Source: Lama glama
Lineage: Eukaryota
Length of the DNA stretch: 64,000 nucleotides
Assembly (NCBI GenBank): GCA_028534125.1
Contig: CM052816.1
Location: 91,018,001 to 91,082,000 of the forward strand
Direction: 5' to 3'
In this document: piece by piece, positions 52,001 to 64,000 of the stretch
Layout of the letters: each line of letters begins with the position of its first letter
Numbering within the stretch: the first letter of the stretch is position 1
Position numbers and translations under genes: made by a program
Notes under the pieces: generated by a model
What the model saw: only the letters and a program-made list of their open reading frames with translations
What the model was told of the DNA's origin: nothing
The model's database searches: none

Positions 52001-52129
52001 ATAATTTTTCCTCTTTTATTTCTTATTTTGTTTCTTTGGGTCCTCTCACTTTTCTTCTTGGTGAGCCAGAGGTTTGTTGATTTTGTGTAGTTTTTCAAAA
52101 AACCAGCTCTTGGTTTTATTGATTTTTTT
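49019..52129 (-). mobile_element. L1, at least 3.1 kb, decayed ORF2 (RT and C-terminal region) plus 3' UTR, antisense in RETREG1 intron 1
   Basis: Frameshifted ORF2 pieces '[18 protein letters not shown]', '[10 protein letters not shown]', '[10 protein letters not shown]', 'KINKWDLIKL'. Poly(T) at 49019. The 5' part runs into the N gap. Confidence 0.97.
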
Positions 52130-52629
52130 NNNNNNNNNNNNNNNNNNNNNNNNNNNNNNNNNNNNNNNNNNNNNNNNNNNNNNNNNNNNNNNNNNNNNNN
52201 NNNNNNNNNNNNNNNNNNNNNNNNNNNNNNNNNNNNNNNNNNNNNNNNNNNNNNNNNNNNNNNNNNNNNNNNNNNNNNNNNNNNNNNNNNNNNNNNNNNN
52301 NNNNNNNNNNNNNNNNNNNNNNNNNNNNNNNNNNNNNNNNNNNNNNNNNNNNNNNNNNNNNNNNNNNNNNNNNNNNNNNNNNNNNNNNNNNNNNNNNNNN
52401 NNNNNNNNNNNNNNNNNNNNNNNNNNNNNNNNNNNNNNNNNNNNNNNNNNNNNNNNNNNNNNNNNNNNNNNNNNNNNNNNNNNNNNNNNNNNNNNNNNNN
52501 NNNNNNNNNNNNNNNNNNNNNNNNNNNNNNNNNNNNNNNNNNNNNNNNNNNNNNNNNNNNNNNNNNNNNNNNNNNNNNNNNNNNNNNNNNNNNNNNNNNN
52601 NNNNNNNNNNNNNNNNNNNNNNNNNNNNN
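52130..52629. other. Assembly gap (500 N)
   Basis: Run of N directly abutting the L1. Confidence 0.99.
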
Positions 52630-52639
52630 GTGTGTGCAA

Positions 52640-52970
52640 AAGATGACTGGGCAAAGGTGAATGCTGGCAGGTATCTGATGACGTTAAGGAATTAAAGCAG
52701 TTTTATTAGGTATGATAGTGGTGTTCTTAGGTTAAAAAGTCCTTTTTGGTTTTTGAAGATAAATGACAATATTTGCAAATTAAATTATGTGGTGCTTGGG
52801 ATTTGCTTCAAATATTTTGGGTGTGTATGTGGAGCAGGGAGCTTAGGAGGTAGGAATACGGAAGAAACAAGATTGGTCGTGAATGGAGAATTGTTGAGGC
52901 TGGATTGGTTATATGTTGGTGTCTCTTTTTGTATATGTTTGAAAGTTACCAAAATAAAAGTTTTTTTAAA
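52640..52970 (+). mobile_element. Old L1MC/L1MD-type 3' end
   Basis: 'gggatttgcttcaaatat...gaaacaagattgg...ttttgtatatgtttgaa..ttacc.aaataaaa'. Confidence 0.65.
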
Positions 52971-53417
52971 AAATGACTTTATCTAACAACCAAGCTTTGC
53001 CAAATATTAGGCAACAAATAGACTCATAGGTAAACTAAACAGACTCATAGGTGTTCCTAAGATTTTAATTTCAAATCACAGGTCTAAATTATACTACACA
53101 TTTTAAATTGGAACCATGGGACAAATCATCCTAGGCAGTAAAAATAATGAAAACAACATATATGTGCAGGTTTTTCTAAGTACAGGTTATTAATATTAGG
53201 ACTTTGTTTCTCCAACATTTCTGTACTTAATTCTTGGGCTGCAAAGAAGCTTATCTACCAACAAACATGCAACCCCATACAGTTTGGGCATTTCCATCCC
53301 AAGTAGTTGGCTTTGCCTTCTCATCTGGCGGAGGATTCTTAATGCGCAACTCGACCCTTGTCCAGGACACGCAGGGACATCCCCAGTGCTCCTTGGAGTT
53401 TCTATGCAATGCCCTCT

Positions 53418-53561
53418 ATCTGTGTGTTTGTTAATTTTTTTTTTTGAGGGGAAGATAATTAGGTTTTCTTACTTATTTTTTAATAGAGGTACTGGGGAAA
53501 GAACCCAGGACCTTGTGCATGCTAGGCATGCACTCTACCACTGAGTTATCCCCTCCCCCGA
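53418..53561 (-). mobile_element. tRNA-derived SINE (camelid Vic-1-like)
   Basis: Reverse complement GGGGAGGGGATAACTCAGTGGTAGAGTGCATG...GGTCCTGGGTTC; TSD CAATGCCCTCT at 53407-53417 and 53562-53572. Confidence 0.88.
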
Positions 53562-56127
53562 CAATGCCCTCTTGATGAGGTCTCTGGCAGCCAGGGCGGT
53601 GTGTCAAAGTCCTGTCATTACCTAATTTTTCTATTCCTAGGAGACTGTAATTTCCACTAAAAGCATATCTAATGACCTTCACTGCTTCAGTTGGTTTTGC
53701 ATTTCTTTGGTTTTTAGAATATGCTTAAATGGCTTCCTGGCCAGCTCTAAAGACCTTTAAACTTGAGAAAACTTTCTCTTATAGGGCTTTGCCTGGCTCT
53801 GCAAAGAAGGCCATTCTAATGAAGCATACTAATCTAACATTTGCAGTTTCCCTCTGATGCAATGTGAGTCACACTGTGAGTTACAACTCATCTGTGAAGT
53901 TGCTTTAGTGAGTCATAGCACTTAAAAAATAATAGAATTGAAGGAAAAATAATATTAAAATATAATAGAACTGAAGGAATTTTTGATAGAAAGTATCAGC
54001 AGGCATTACACATTGTAAGAATAAATATTATTTTTGAAACTTTGGTTTCCTGTGCGTGCATTTAGATGTAAATGAATTTCTTACTGTGGTCACTTTCAGA
54101 AATTTTGCAAACTGCCATTTCACTGTGAGGTGGGGAAAATTGAGAGCCTGGCACACAGACAGTAGAATTAATCATAAACTGATAGTGAGGAGGTAAGCCA
54201 AAAAAGAAACAAATACCAAAACAACCTTGGTTGAAACAAACATAACAGCTCAAAAATAGAGCACGTGTGGGACCCAAATTATTAAAGCAAATTGTTATTA
54301 CGAAAGACATGGATGCTGGCATTATGGGTTATCTTTTATGTCTGATCCTTCCCCTGCATTTCATGTTCTCTGTTTATTCCTTTTTGATAGCATAGGGCCT
54401 GGCCCAGTCGAGGCCCTCCATAAATAAATATTCATTGAATGTAAATGCTCATAATTAGACCACGTGTTTCAGAGGATAGGGGGAGGAGCCTAGGGCCTGG
54501 GAATCTGCATTTTAACAAGCTCTCCAAGCAGCCAACCTGCTGGCACTTGCAGACCAATATTTAAGAAGCACTGACCTATTCTACCCACTTATTTTACTGG
54601 CCCAGGTCACACACGCAGTTAACACTGGAACCAGACCCAGAATTTGGGTTGCCCACCTTCTGGTGGAGGTTTTATCCATAACTTCATCAGCATCTCTTGT
54701 TGACCACTTCTCACCAAACACATTGCATAACTTGCTAGTGGATCTCCTGGACTCCATGTGTCCTCCGTACCCCATCTCGTCCTCTCCACTGCCCCCAGGC
54801 ATTTTACTACATTGTTCATCACTTCATTTTCCTACTGTGTACCTTTGGCTTTATCTCCGTTGCCAGTGGTGTTAAGACCAAACTCCCTATGTATCCTTCA
54901 GGGCCTGCCACAGTCTGCCCCGAGCCTGGCGCCTCAATCTCTTCTCTCTGCCAGTCTCCCAACTCTCCTTTTATCCCTGTCCTCCTGCTGGGGCCACCCC
55001 AGACCACTTGGCATGCCCCAGGCACACCTCACCCTTGCCTAACTCTGGTTGTTCATGTTGTATTCTCCAAATGGAACAGCTTCTGTTTTCCTCTGAGTTG
55101 CATTCATCCTCTCAGACCAAGTTCAGTGCCACTTCTGTAAATCTTCCCTGATTTGGAGTTTCTCTTCCTTTGCTTCTTTTCGCTCTTTGTTCACGTTCTA
55201 TTACAGCGCCAAGACTCATTGCCTGGGACTTTGTTAGCTCAGCCTGTGTGTCTCTCTGATGGGGAAGTAAGCGCCTAGAAGGCAATGTTCGTGTGCTTTT
55301 TGCTTCTCTATACAGCCCGCAGTGCCTTGCAACTAGTATTAAATGATTTATCTGTTAATTTAATTCTTCCGAGTTATGATTGCACCAAAGTTAATATTAA
55401 TTGGCAGCTTAACCAACTAACTTGTGTAAAATGGACTTCAACCTCAAAGCTTCTTGTGACTTCTTTGCCATTCCATCCCTTTATAAGCCCAATTAAAAAA
55501 AAAAAGTACTGTAAGTTCTGTGTGCTGTTCATGATAAAGAATTCTTTGTTTCCCTCTGGGGAGGAGGTGAGCAGATAGACAGAAGGGCCTTGATCTTAAA
55601 GAGAAAGAGCTCACAAATTGGATCACTAATTATTGCTAATTTTGAAGAGATTGGTGGGGAGGGTGTAGGAGTTAAAGAATGAACATGGCATAAAAGAAAA
55701 AACGGTTAGAGGACAGCAGTCAAGGACATATGCTCCAGCCGCGCCATGTGTCTGAGAAGACCCCGCAGCTCTGCCTCTTTGCTTGGCCCCTCATCAGTCT
55801 GTTCCAGGTCAGTTCTGTTCTCCGCCTGTTAAGTAGAGAGATATTTGGGCCACACCCAGGACAGCAGATCCTCTGCCCGAGCTGGAGGTCGGAGCAGAAA
55901 GCCTCGCACACAACTAGCACGTGGCTCCAGCACTTGGATTTTGCTGACTTTTGATGCCCATTAAAGTAACTTCTATGCGCTCACACCGGGGTGCTTTTGA
56001 AAAGTGACACCATTGTTGAATGTATTTTTTACTTCTATGGTGGAAAGAAAACCTCATTTTAAGGAGAAAAAAAAAAGGTAAAAATCCTCACGTTGAAATC
56101 ATGACTTGTCTGTTTTTGCCGTGATAG

Positions 56128-56234
56128 GTTCCTGGCACTGACCCCGTGGAGAGTGTATCACCTGATTTCCGTCATGATGCTGGGACGTGTTATTATGCAA
56201 ATAATAAAGGAGATGGTTTTGTCTAGAACAAGAG
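56128..56234 (+). CDS. RETREG1: RETREG1 coding exon 2 (reticulon-homology domain)
   Basis: gtgatAG|G TTC CTG GCA... gives (W)[35 protein letters not shown](G). Donor G|GTAAGA, 107 nt, phase-compatible with exon 1. Confidence 0.96.
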
Positions 56235-58068
56235 GTAAGAAAACTCAGAATTTTATCTTTAGGGTATTCAACTTTATAGACCCTGCATATCTGATTTTTG
56301 TGGAGGCATATTAACCAAGTGGTCCTTTGAAAAGGAACAAATAGCAGATTATATAGGCATTGACTTTCCTATTTTGAGTGTTTGTTAAATATTAATTTTA
56401 AATTTATTACATCTACTACTTATTTTTTATCTAATTGATGTCCTTAGTTATAGCCACTGCTGCTGGCCGAAAGCTTTCTGTGTGCTGGTTTCTTTTTTGG
56501 CTCTAAGTGTTGTTATTTTAAATACCATTTTGATATTTAAGCAGGCTGCAGTGAGGCTAACAGTTAGATATTTATTACATTCCCACATGACGAAACTGGG
56601 CCATTGGAAAATGGCGTAGTCTAGACAAAATTTTTCTCTGCCTCAATAGAGAGAAACAGTGAATTCAGGGCTTAAAAACAAGTAATGGTTAGATAAATGT
56701 TTAAAACTAAATTAATTTTACACATCAAATTTCAGAGTGAGAATTTGAATATTTGAAAATTTTGCTTAAGGTGCTTTCTAAGTATCTTACCTACATTAGA
56801 AATCCAAGTCAAGCTTTTCTATACTTGCAGAGGGCTGCTTCTACTGGGGGTTGAGCTAGTTTTTGTAAACAGGCAAAAATCTCTACTTGAAATAATTGAG
56901 CTCCATGAATGTAAATGTAGTAAGACTGATTTGATCAAAAAGAGCTAAGGGGTGGGGGTTACAAGAGTACAATGAGGCAGTTGCTTTCACTAAATGTAAC
57001 CCCAAAGGTAGGGATAAGTTGGGATGGGGTCCACATAGACCGGTGCTTGTAAGAACTGTCCAGGGTCCTGGCCCTGGCGGAGATGCCCAGATTTGCTTGT
57101 AGTAGGCACCCTTTCCTCCCTGACACCAACCCTGAGACCAAGGATCCAGGCTGTTACAGAAGTACCACCGTAGTGTTTTAAATTTGGTTTATGGTTTAAG
57201 TCTTTGTGGTTTTGAAACTAACTTGTGTGTAAACCATTTTAGAAAGCTGGTTTACATTGGTGTGGTTCCAGGTTTGAAGGTGAGCCCTTTATTCAGTGTT
57301 CTGGGAAGGTAGACAGGTTTGGTTTTGTCCAGTGACTGCTCTTCTTGAATTTGTAGATTTATGTTCCTGTACATGTTCTTCCTTCTCTCCCTCTCCTCCT
57401 CCCAAGCCCGCTCTTTTCTGTTTCAGAGAACAGACACCTAACTGTCTGCCTTCTAATCCTAGCAGGCACTGGCCGGATACATTCTGTTTACCCCAGATGT
57501 ATTCATTCCACCTAGAGGTGGGGCATCTCCATGCTGGAGGACCTTGTACTAGGGTGGGTGGGATCAACACCTGGCGATACCCGTGTTTCTGCCTTGATTT
57601 ATGACTGAAAAGCTTGCTTCTCTCCAGTAGACCTTGTAACATTTCCACCCTCCAGGGGCTCCCTTGGAGGAGTCTTAGAAGAAACAGCCACTTACATATT
57701 TCACCAGCTGTCATTCTGTCTCGGAAGAGCCAGGTGACTCACAAAGCAAGCTGAGCATCTCGATGTTTTTAGGGGTGTACAAATTTGGTCCCAGGCTGGG
57801 CACAAGTTATAAAGGACAGGCAAATGGGGAGGGGCCAGGATGAAGCGGAAAGACCACGAAACTGTCCTTTTCTTACTCTTGGCCCCTCACACAATTCCCT
57901 GTGTTGACTCATTGGCTTTTTTTGCAAATATGGAACTTTCTTGTTCACAAGTTGCAGGAGAGCTCTCCACTGTGAAGCTTCAGTCCTTTAAAAGATGAAG
58001 GTGGTGGGGTGGGAAGAACGGCAGCCTTCCAGAGAGGGCTGGCTTCGTTTCCTAGCCCCGCAGTGACT

Positions 58069-58503
58069 GTGTTGGTTTCCTGGGGCAGCAGTGACACATT
58101 GCCCCAAGTTTGGTGCCTCAGTACAACAGACATTTCTTCCCTTACAAGTTCAAAGTCAGTATCAATATCAAGGTGTCGCAGGGCTGTGCCTCTGAGGAGG
58201 GGCTCCTTGCCCGTTCCAGCTCCTGCTGGTTGCTGGTGTCTCTGGCTTGCAGGACATCACTCCTGTCTCTGCCGTGTGGCCCCGTCACCCTCTCCTCCTC
58301 TGTCTATGTCATATCTCCCTCCGCCTTCCTCTCACTGGGACACTTGAGATGATATTTGGAGCCCACCTGGGTAATCCAGGTCGGTCTTCCCATCTCATGA
58401 CCCCTAACTTCATCACACCTGGTAAATCCCCTTTTCCATGTAACGTGCACATTTCGGGGATTAAGACCTGATATCTCCGGGGGCCAGTATTCAACCTACG
58501 ACA
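58069..58503 (-). mobile_element. MLT1C-like solo LTR
   Basis: 'tggtttcctggggc..cagtgacaca', 'atcaaggtgtc.gcagggctgtg', ending 'attcaacctacgaca'. Confidence 0.82.
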
Positions 58504-60149
58504 CAATCTGAACCTCTTTATCCTGTGAAATGGGAAGGTCCTCCTCATACCGCAGGGCTGTGTGAGGGTCAGGCAAGAGTGCAGTGAGGGGCTTGGGCCC
58601 AGTAACGGGCTGCTCCGTTCAGCCTCGACCGCGATCAGAGTCACGTGGGTTTGTTCACTCATCAGTCGGCCTGTGTTGGGCGCCTGTCTGTGTCGGGGTC
58701 TGTTACGGGGGCCGCTCTGCCCGAGTGCGGCTCTCGCGCTCCGTCCTGTAGGGCCGACGCTGGTCACAGGCCAAGCTTTCTGTTTGCACTGGGGGACAGT
58801 GCACTGAATACAGCATTTATGCTGCATGCAAAAAAAAGGAGAAACAGGATTGCTTACTGTGCTTTCCCAGGGTGCCCCGGTGGGTCTGTGACTGAGGAAT
58901 CACTGGTGCCTGCCTGGTCCCCTCCAGTCAAGTCTTTCAGGACAAAGGCCCATTGAGCCCTGGTCGTAGTTGGCAGGAGCCTGACTTTGCAGGCCCTTCA
59001 GCGCGGGGCCCGCGGTGATGGATGGGTCTCTGGGAGGCACAGAAACGGCTTTGAGTTAGATCCAGATGCCGTGATGGTGACGCCGAGGCTTCACGCAGCA
59101 CTGCTAGCGTCTCAGTAGGTACCGTGGCCCACAGCGGCAGTAGCGAGGGGAGGACCCCCAAGCTGGCTGTCCCCTGCATCTCCCGCAACCTCCCCGCTTC
59201 CCCCCACACTTTGGGCTAAAGATATTAAGCATCTGTTGTTAAGAATTTAATCATATCCTTCCTCTCCCTCCATCATCTCCTGAATACCATCTTAGATACT
59301 CAGTATGAAATAGGTGAGAGGTGTGGGGATGCCTTCCTGGGACTTGATTGTTGTGATACCCACAGGGCCCTGTGTCTCTGGTTCCCGAGTCACCACGGGA
59401 ACACCTTCCAGCCGCTGTGGGTCTCCTTCCCTCTCTCATTGTTGGGGACTTCGTGCTGCCGCCAGCATTAATCCTTTCGTCTGAGCACTGGGAGCTCTTC
59501 TGCAGGTGCGAACCTTCTCCTGCAGCCTCTCACTTTTCCTTCACCACCTTCTCCTTCTCTTTCTTTGCCAAAGACCCCATCGTGTCCGCCCCCAGCTCTC
59601 TCTGAGATGCTCGTCAGCTCCTGCCCTGAGCAGTGGGAGGAGGGCTCCGTGGGTCCCCGTGGACTACCCATGGAGCAGTGCCCACCACTGTCCCTGGAAG
59701 CCATTCCTCCTTCCAGGTCTACACTATCCCTTGGATGCCACGTTCTGGTCGCAGTTGAATGTGGACCTGCTTGGAATCGTGGCCTGTGAACTGCAGCCTT
59801 TGTGCACCTCCATTCTCTGTCTCTCCGACTTGTAGCCTGATGACCTGTGTGGTCAGGGGCTTCTGTCTCCCACCGTGTGGCCTCATCTTTGAGGCCTCAT
59901 CTTTGCAAAGGCTGGAATTCAGTCCTCGGTGCTTGCTTCCGTTCAGCCCCACCACCACGCCCACAGTGGCCCCTCACTCCGCTGGCCCCAGCTCTTCGCC
60001 CCCAGTTTGAGTTTCCTCCTGCTCAGCCTCTAACTATTGCCCTTGGCCCTGCGCAGCCCTGGCCTAGTCTGTGTTCTGTGACTGCGGGGCTGCTGTCCTT
60101 ACCATCCTTACCGGCCTCGTTCCCTTAGCCAGCAGACGTCTTTGTTTTT

Positions 60150-60614
60150 CAGATGTTTTTTATTATAATAAACACACAATATTATATAAGTCTCAGGTCA
60201 ACAACATAGTGACTCAAAATTCTGTACCTTGTGAAATGATCACAGGAGACCAGTTACCAGCCGTCAGCACACAAAGTTGTTACAATATTATTTTCTCTAT
60301 GTGGACATTATATCCCCATGGCTTATTTATCTTATAGCTGAAAGTCTTTACCTCTTAATCCCCTTCACCTATTTTGTCCGCCCCTCGACCCCCTCTCCTG
60401 TCTGGCAACCATGAGTTTGTTCTCTGTATCTATGAATCTGTTTCTCTTTTGTTTTGTTTGCTCATTTGTTTTGCCTTTTAGATTCCACATATAAGTGAAA
60501 TCATATGGTATTTATTTTTCTGTCTGACTTATTTCACTTGGCATAATACCCTCAAGTGTGTCTGTGTTGCTGCAAATGGCAAGATTTCTTTCCTTTTTAT
60601 GGTTGAGTAATATT

Positions 60615-60654
<40 letters not shown>

Positions 60655-60725
60655 CAGACACCACATCTCCTTTATTTGTTTATGAATGGACATTTAGGTT
60701 GCTTCCATATCTTGGCTATTGTATC
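60150..60725 (-). mobile_element. L1MA-type 3' UTR containing (TG)17 at 60617-60650
   Basis: 'ttttagattccacatataagtgaaatcatatggtattt' and 'tgttgctgcaaatggcaagattt'. Confidence 0.85.
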
Positions 60726-61489
60726 ATGTTTCCAACTTTAATGACAAAATGAACAACCAAACACCCCATTCTGTTATTTCCTCTCTCCACTGTCAGCTTC
60801 AGTGTTACCAGAGACACATCACATGATGAGATGAGATGTTGCTGCTAAAATTCAGTCTATCCAACTTTCCAACTTTAGGTGACATGTTACTAGTGCTCAT
60901 AATTCCTTAGATTCTTTGAGTTGTTTATTTGCTTTGTTTCGATATGCCACCTAACTCCAAAATATTTGAGACAGTCTTATAAAGAACATAAAAAAATAAG
61001 ACTTTTTAAAAGGTCTAGTAGAAGAACAGGAAACTTTAACTTGATGACTATAAGTGAACAACAGATTTATCCCTGCACTTACTGGCAGCCAAGGCAAAAA
61101 GGGAAACCAGATCAACTGCACGATTCTAATAATCTGATGAAAGGATGCAAGCAATTTGGAGAAGCTTTTTCCTGGGGCTAAATTTTAAGAATTTATCACA
61201 TAGATCTTTGATAGGGGATACTGAAGAACAAAAGGAATAGCATCTTTGGCATTTGTTTGATAGAAGAAGCAGAAGCCACCCCGTGGCCATTTCTTTTATT
61301 GAACTTCATTAAAGCTGGTAGCTGCTGGGAGTATAATATCATGACAGTCCAATGAAGAAAGTCATTGGAGAAGTAAGAAAGCAAATGAGATATAGGTGTG
61401 TATCTTATATGTATATAAAATGTTGATTTCATTTGAGCCTAGATATACGTTCAGAACATCAAAAGAATTAATAGGTAAAAATCTTCTTG

Positions 61490-62088
61490 ATGTAGCCACT
61501 ATGGAAAACAATATGGAGAGTCCTTAAACTAAAAATAGAGTTACCATATGATCCAACAATCCCACTCCTGGGCTTATATCTGGAAAGGATGAAAACTCTT
61601 AATTTGAAAAGATACATGTACCCAATGTTCATAGCAGTACTGTTTACAGTAGTCAAGACATGGAAGCAACCTAAATGTCCATCAACAGATGAATAGGTAA
61701 AGAAGATGTATATTCATACAGTGGAATACTACTCAACCATAAAAAGAATGAAATAATGCCATGTGCAGCAACATGGATGGACCTAGAGATGATCATACTA
61801 AATAAAGTAAGTCAGACAGAGAAAGGCAAATATCATATATCATTTATATGTGGAATCTAAAAAAGTGATACAAATGAACTTATTTACAGAACAGAAAGAG
61901 ATTCAAAGGCATAGAAAACAAATTTATGGTTACCAAAGGGGAAAGGCAGGGAGGGATAAATTAGGAGTTTGAGATGAACAGATATACACTGCTATATATA
62001 AAAAATATAACAAAATCCTACTGTATAGCACAGGGAACTATATTCAATATCCTGTAATGACCTATAATGGAAAAGAATCTGAAAAAGA

Positions 62089-62126
<38 letters not shown>

Positions 62127-62180
62127 ATATGTATAACTGAATGACTTCGCTGTACAGCTTAAATTTTTTTAAAAATGGAA
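61490..62180 (+). mobile_element. 5'-truncated L1 (ORF2 end plus 3' UTR)
   Basis: 'ccatatgatccaacaatcccactcctgggc...gcaacatggatggacctagag'; approximate TSD AAAAATCTYCTT. Confidence 0.92.
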
Positions 62181-62666
62181 AAAAAATCTCCTTTCTCCAG
62201 TAACCGTTGTTTCCGTTCCCCTCTGGTGGGTACCATTTCAAAGCTCACCTTACATACCACCTGTATGATCGGTGCTTTCTTGACCAGCCACGTGTTCTCT
62301 CCTCCCTGAATTCTCGTGGCATATGTTCCCTGTAGAGTTCCAACACCACCTGCCTTGGTTCGTACTTACTGGGGTGCAGGTTCTGCCTGCCCCGCTGCTC
62401 AGTGCAGCCCCAGAGGCAGGACCACGTGTCCTGTCGTGCTCCATCTCCCGTGGTTCCTATCCAAGGGTTCTGCGTATAGCAGAGTCTCAGTGGACATTTG
62501 TGGACAGTTTGCCTGAATGAGTTACGGACCAGAGGTATACACTGTATGATTCGATGGTTTCTGGAGTCTAAAGATCTAAGCATGCCATTTTAAATGAACA
62601 AGTTGAGAAATGCCTCAAGAGGAAGATGCCTCCATTAATGTTTCGTTTTTACTTCCCCTGCGGCAG

Positions 62667-62697
62667 GTGCACAGCTGTGGAGGAGCCTCAGTGAAAG
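62667..62697 (+). CDS. RETREG1: RETREG1 coding exon 3 (31 nt)
   Basis: Pyrimidine tract then cggcAG|GTGCACAGCTGTGGAGGAGCCTCAGTGAAAG|GTAGGG. Completes (G)AQLWRSLSE(S), in phase with exon 2. Confidence 0.94.
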
Positions 62698-64000
62698 GTA
62701 GGGAACTTTCTTTCAGCGTTACCGCGAGCGGGGTGGGGGAGGTGACCGCGCCGCCAAGCTGCATCCCTGAAATAATATTTTAGTGAAAAGATTTACAACA
62801 GTGGTTTATAAGGGTGGGAAAATAAAGGCAAATATAACCTAATTGGGACTTGCTCTGGGAAATAGTTCGTGTCTTGCTGTTACATTGGGTCCCGTGATGT
62901 GTGCGAACTGAGAGGAAAGGTGGGGGTGATTTCAGGGGGGACCTCCTTCCAGACTTTATTTTGGGGCGTGAGCAACACTGCTGTAAGTCGGGGAAGAACG
63001 AGACAAGGCTGAGTCACGGAACTCTGCTGGAACGTTCCCGAAGGTGAGCCAGGCTGCCAGTTCAGAGAGCTCTGGGGTGGGGGAGGCGCAGGTAGGCTCC
63101 GGGGTGTGAGGGGGCAGCGAATGTCCGCCGGCCTCTGGGCTCCTCGCCCACCAGGAGCAAATTAGTTCCCTTCTCCTCTACCGTCCCCCATCCTGAAGTA
63201 ACACTGCTGTCCCCCCACTCCCCCAGAAGGGAACAGAGCTGGGGCGGTTGATGCGAGGACCACACTTCACATCACCAGCTGTGCACATGAGAAGTGGGAA
63301 AGTGAAGAAAACATAAGGACGACTATTCCAGTAAAGTGAATTTTCGTAGTGATTTATTTGTTTAAATTCTGCCTTAAAAATATCCTTGTCCGACTTAAAG
63401 AGGGCTGGTTGGGTGCTGGACTTACCTCCAGGTGGACAGCATGCGGTGAAGGCTCAAAAGGAGACAAAGGAGTGCCTTTAAACATCCCTGAAGAAAACTG
63501 TAACCTATTATTTTATCTAATGTACCCTTGAAACCAGCGCTTATGGAAATAGTGCTTATTTCAGGTGTAAAGGCTAAGTTTAAGACCAGTTTACCTCGGC
63601 TGGCGTGTTCCCTCATTTTGGAGCCCCGATTTTCATGGGCAGAATGTAATCTTGCTAAGAGACTCAGCAGAGGGAAGCATTGGCTGTAAGAGGGAAACCG
63701 ATCCTCCTGGCACAGACATGCCCCCGGCCTGGAGGCACAGCCGCCCTGCCCCTGCAGACACACTGGGCCTCGTTGGATAAGTGTTTTAAGCTTCTCCATT
63801 GGTCAGGTGAAGAAATTGAGCTTGCTCCCTCATCCTGGTTGGGGAAAGGTTTGACCAAATGAGCTAGTATGACTTCGCAGGAATTCTGGAAGCTCTTTGC
63901 CGCAGTATTCTTTCCAATTTACTGACACTCAATTTGCCCTTCAAGTCACTGCCCCTTCTCTCCCGGACCCCTTGCCGTCCACAGCCCTTCTGAAGTGGTG

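Noticed and set aside
52046..52654. ORFs of 190-202 aa
   Set aside because: Artefacts of the N gap.
53020..53052. Direct repeat AGACTCATAGGT x2 (similar ATAATAGAAYTGAAGGAA x2 at ~53929-53979)
   Set aside because: Two-copy micro-duplications; not an array and not CRISPR-like.

Overview
Mammalian genomic DNA, probably camelid, inferred from three copies of a Vic-1-like tRNA-derived SINE and the L1 3' UTR type. On the + strand it holds the last intron, terminal coding exon (1077-1178) and 3' UTR of MYO10. A ~20 kb repeat-rich intergenic stretch follows, then the CpG-island promoter and exons 1-3 of RETREG1/FAM134B, the ER-phagy receptor (23632-23948, 56128-56234, 62667-62697; the gene continues past the window). 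The rest is mostly transposon debris (L1, L2, MIR, MLT1/MLT2, an ERV-L gag/protease relic, MER DNA transposons), microsatellites and a 500-N assembly gap. Most ORFs in the supplied track are spurious or repeat-derived. I found no convincing previously undescribed biological system. The best leads are regulatory and evolutionary: a perfect DR5 nuclear-receptor element ~3.9 kb upstream of RETREG1, a C/EBP-ATF plus two AP-1 cluster in intron 1, a pure (GCG)8 polyalanine tract in exon 1, a strong CTCF motif in the last MYO10 intron, an old local duplication, and several informative L1 insertions. Repeat family names come from recalled consensus sequences and repeat boundaries are approximate.
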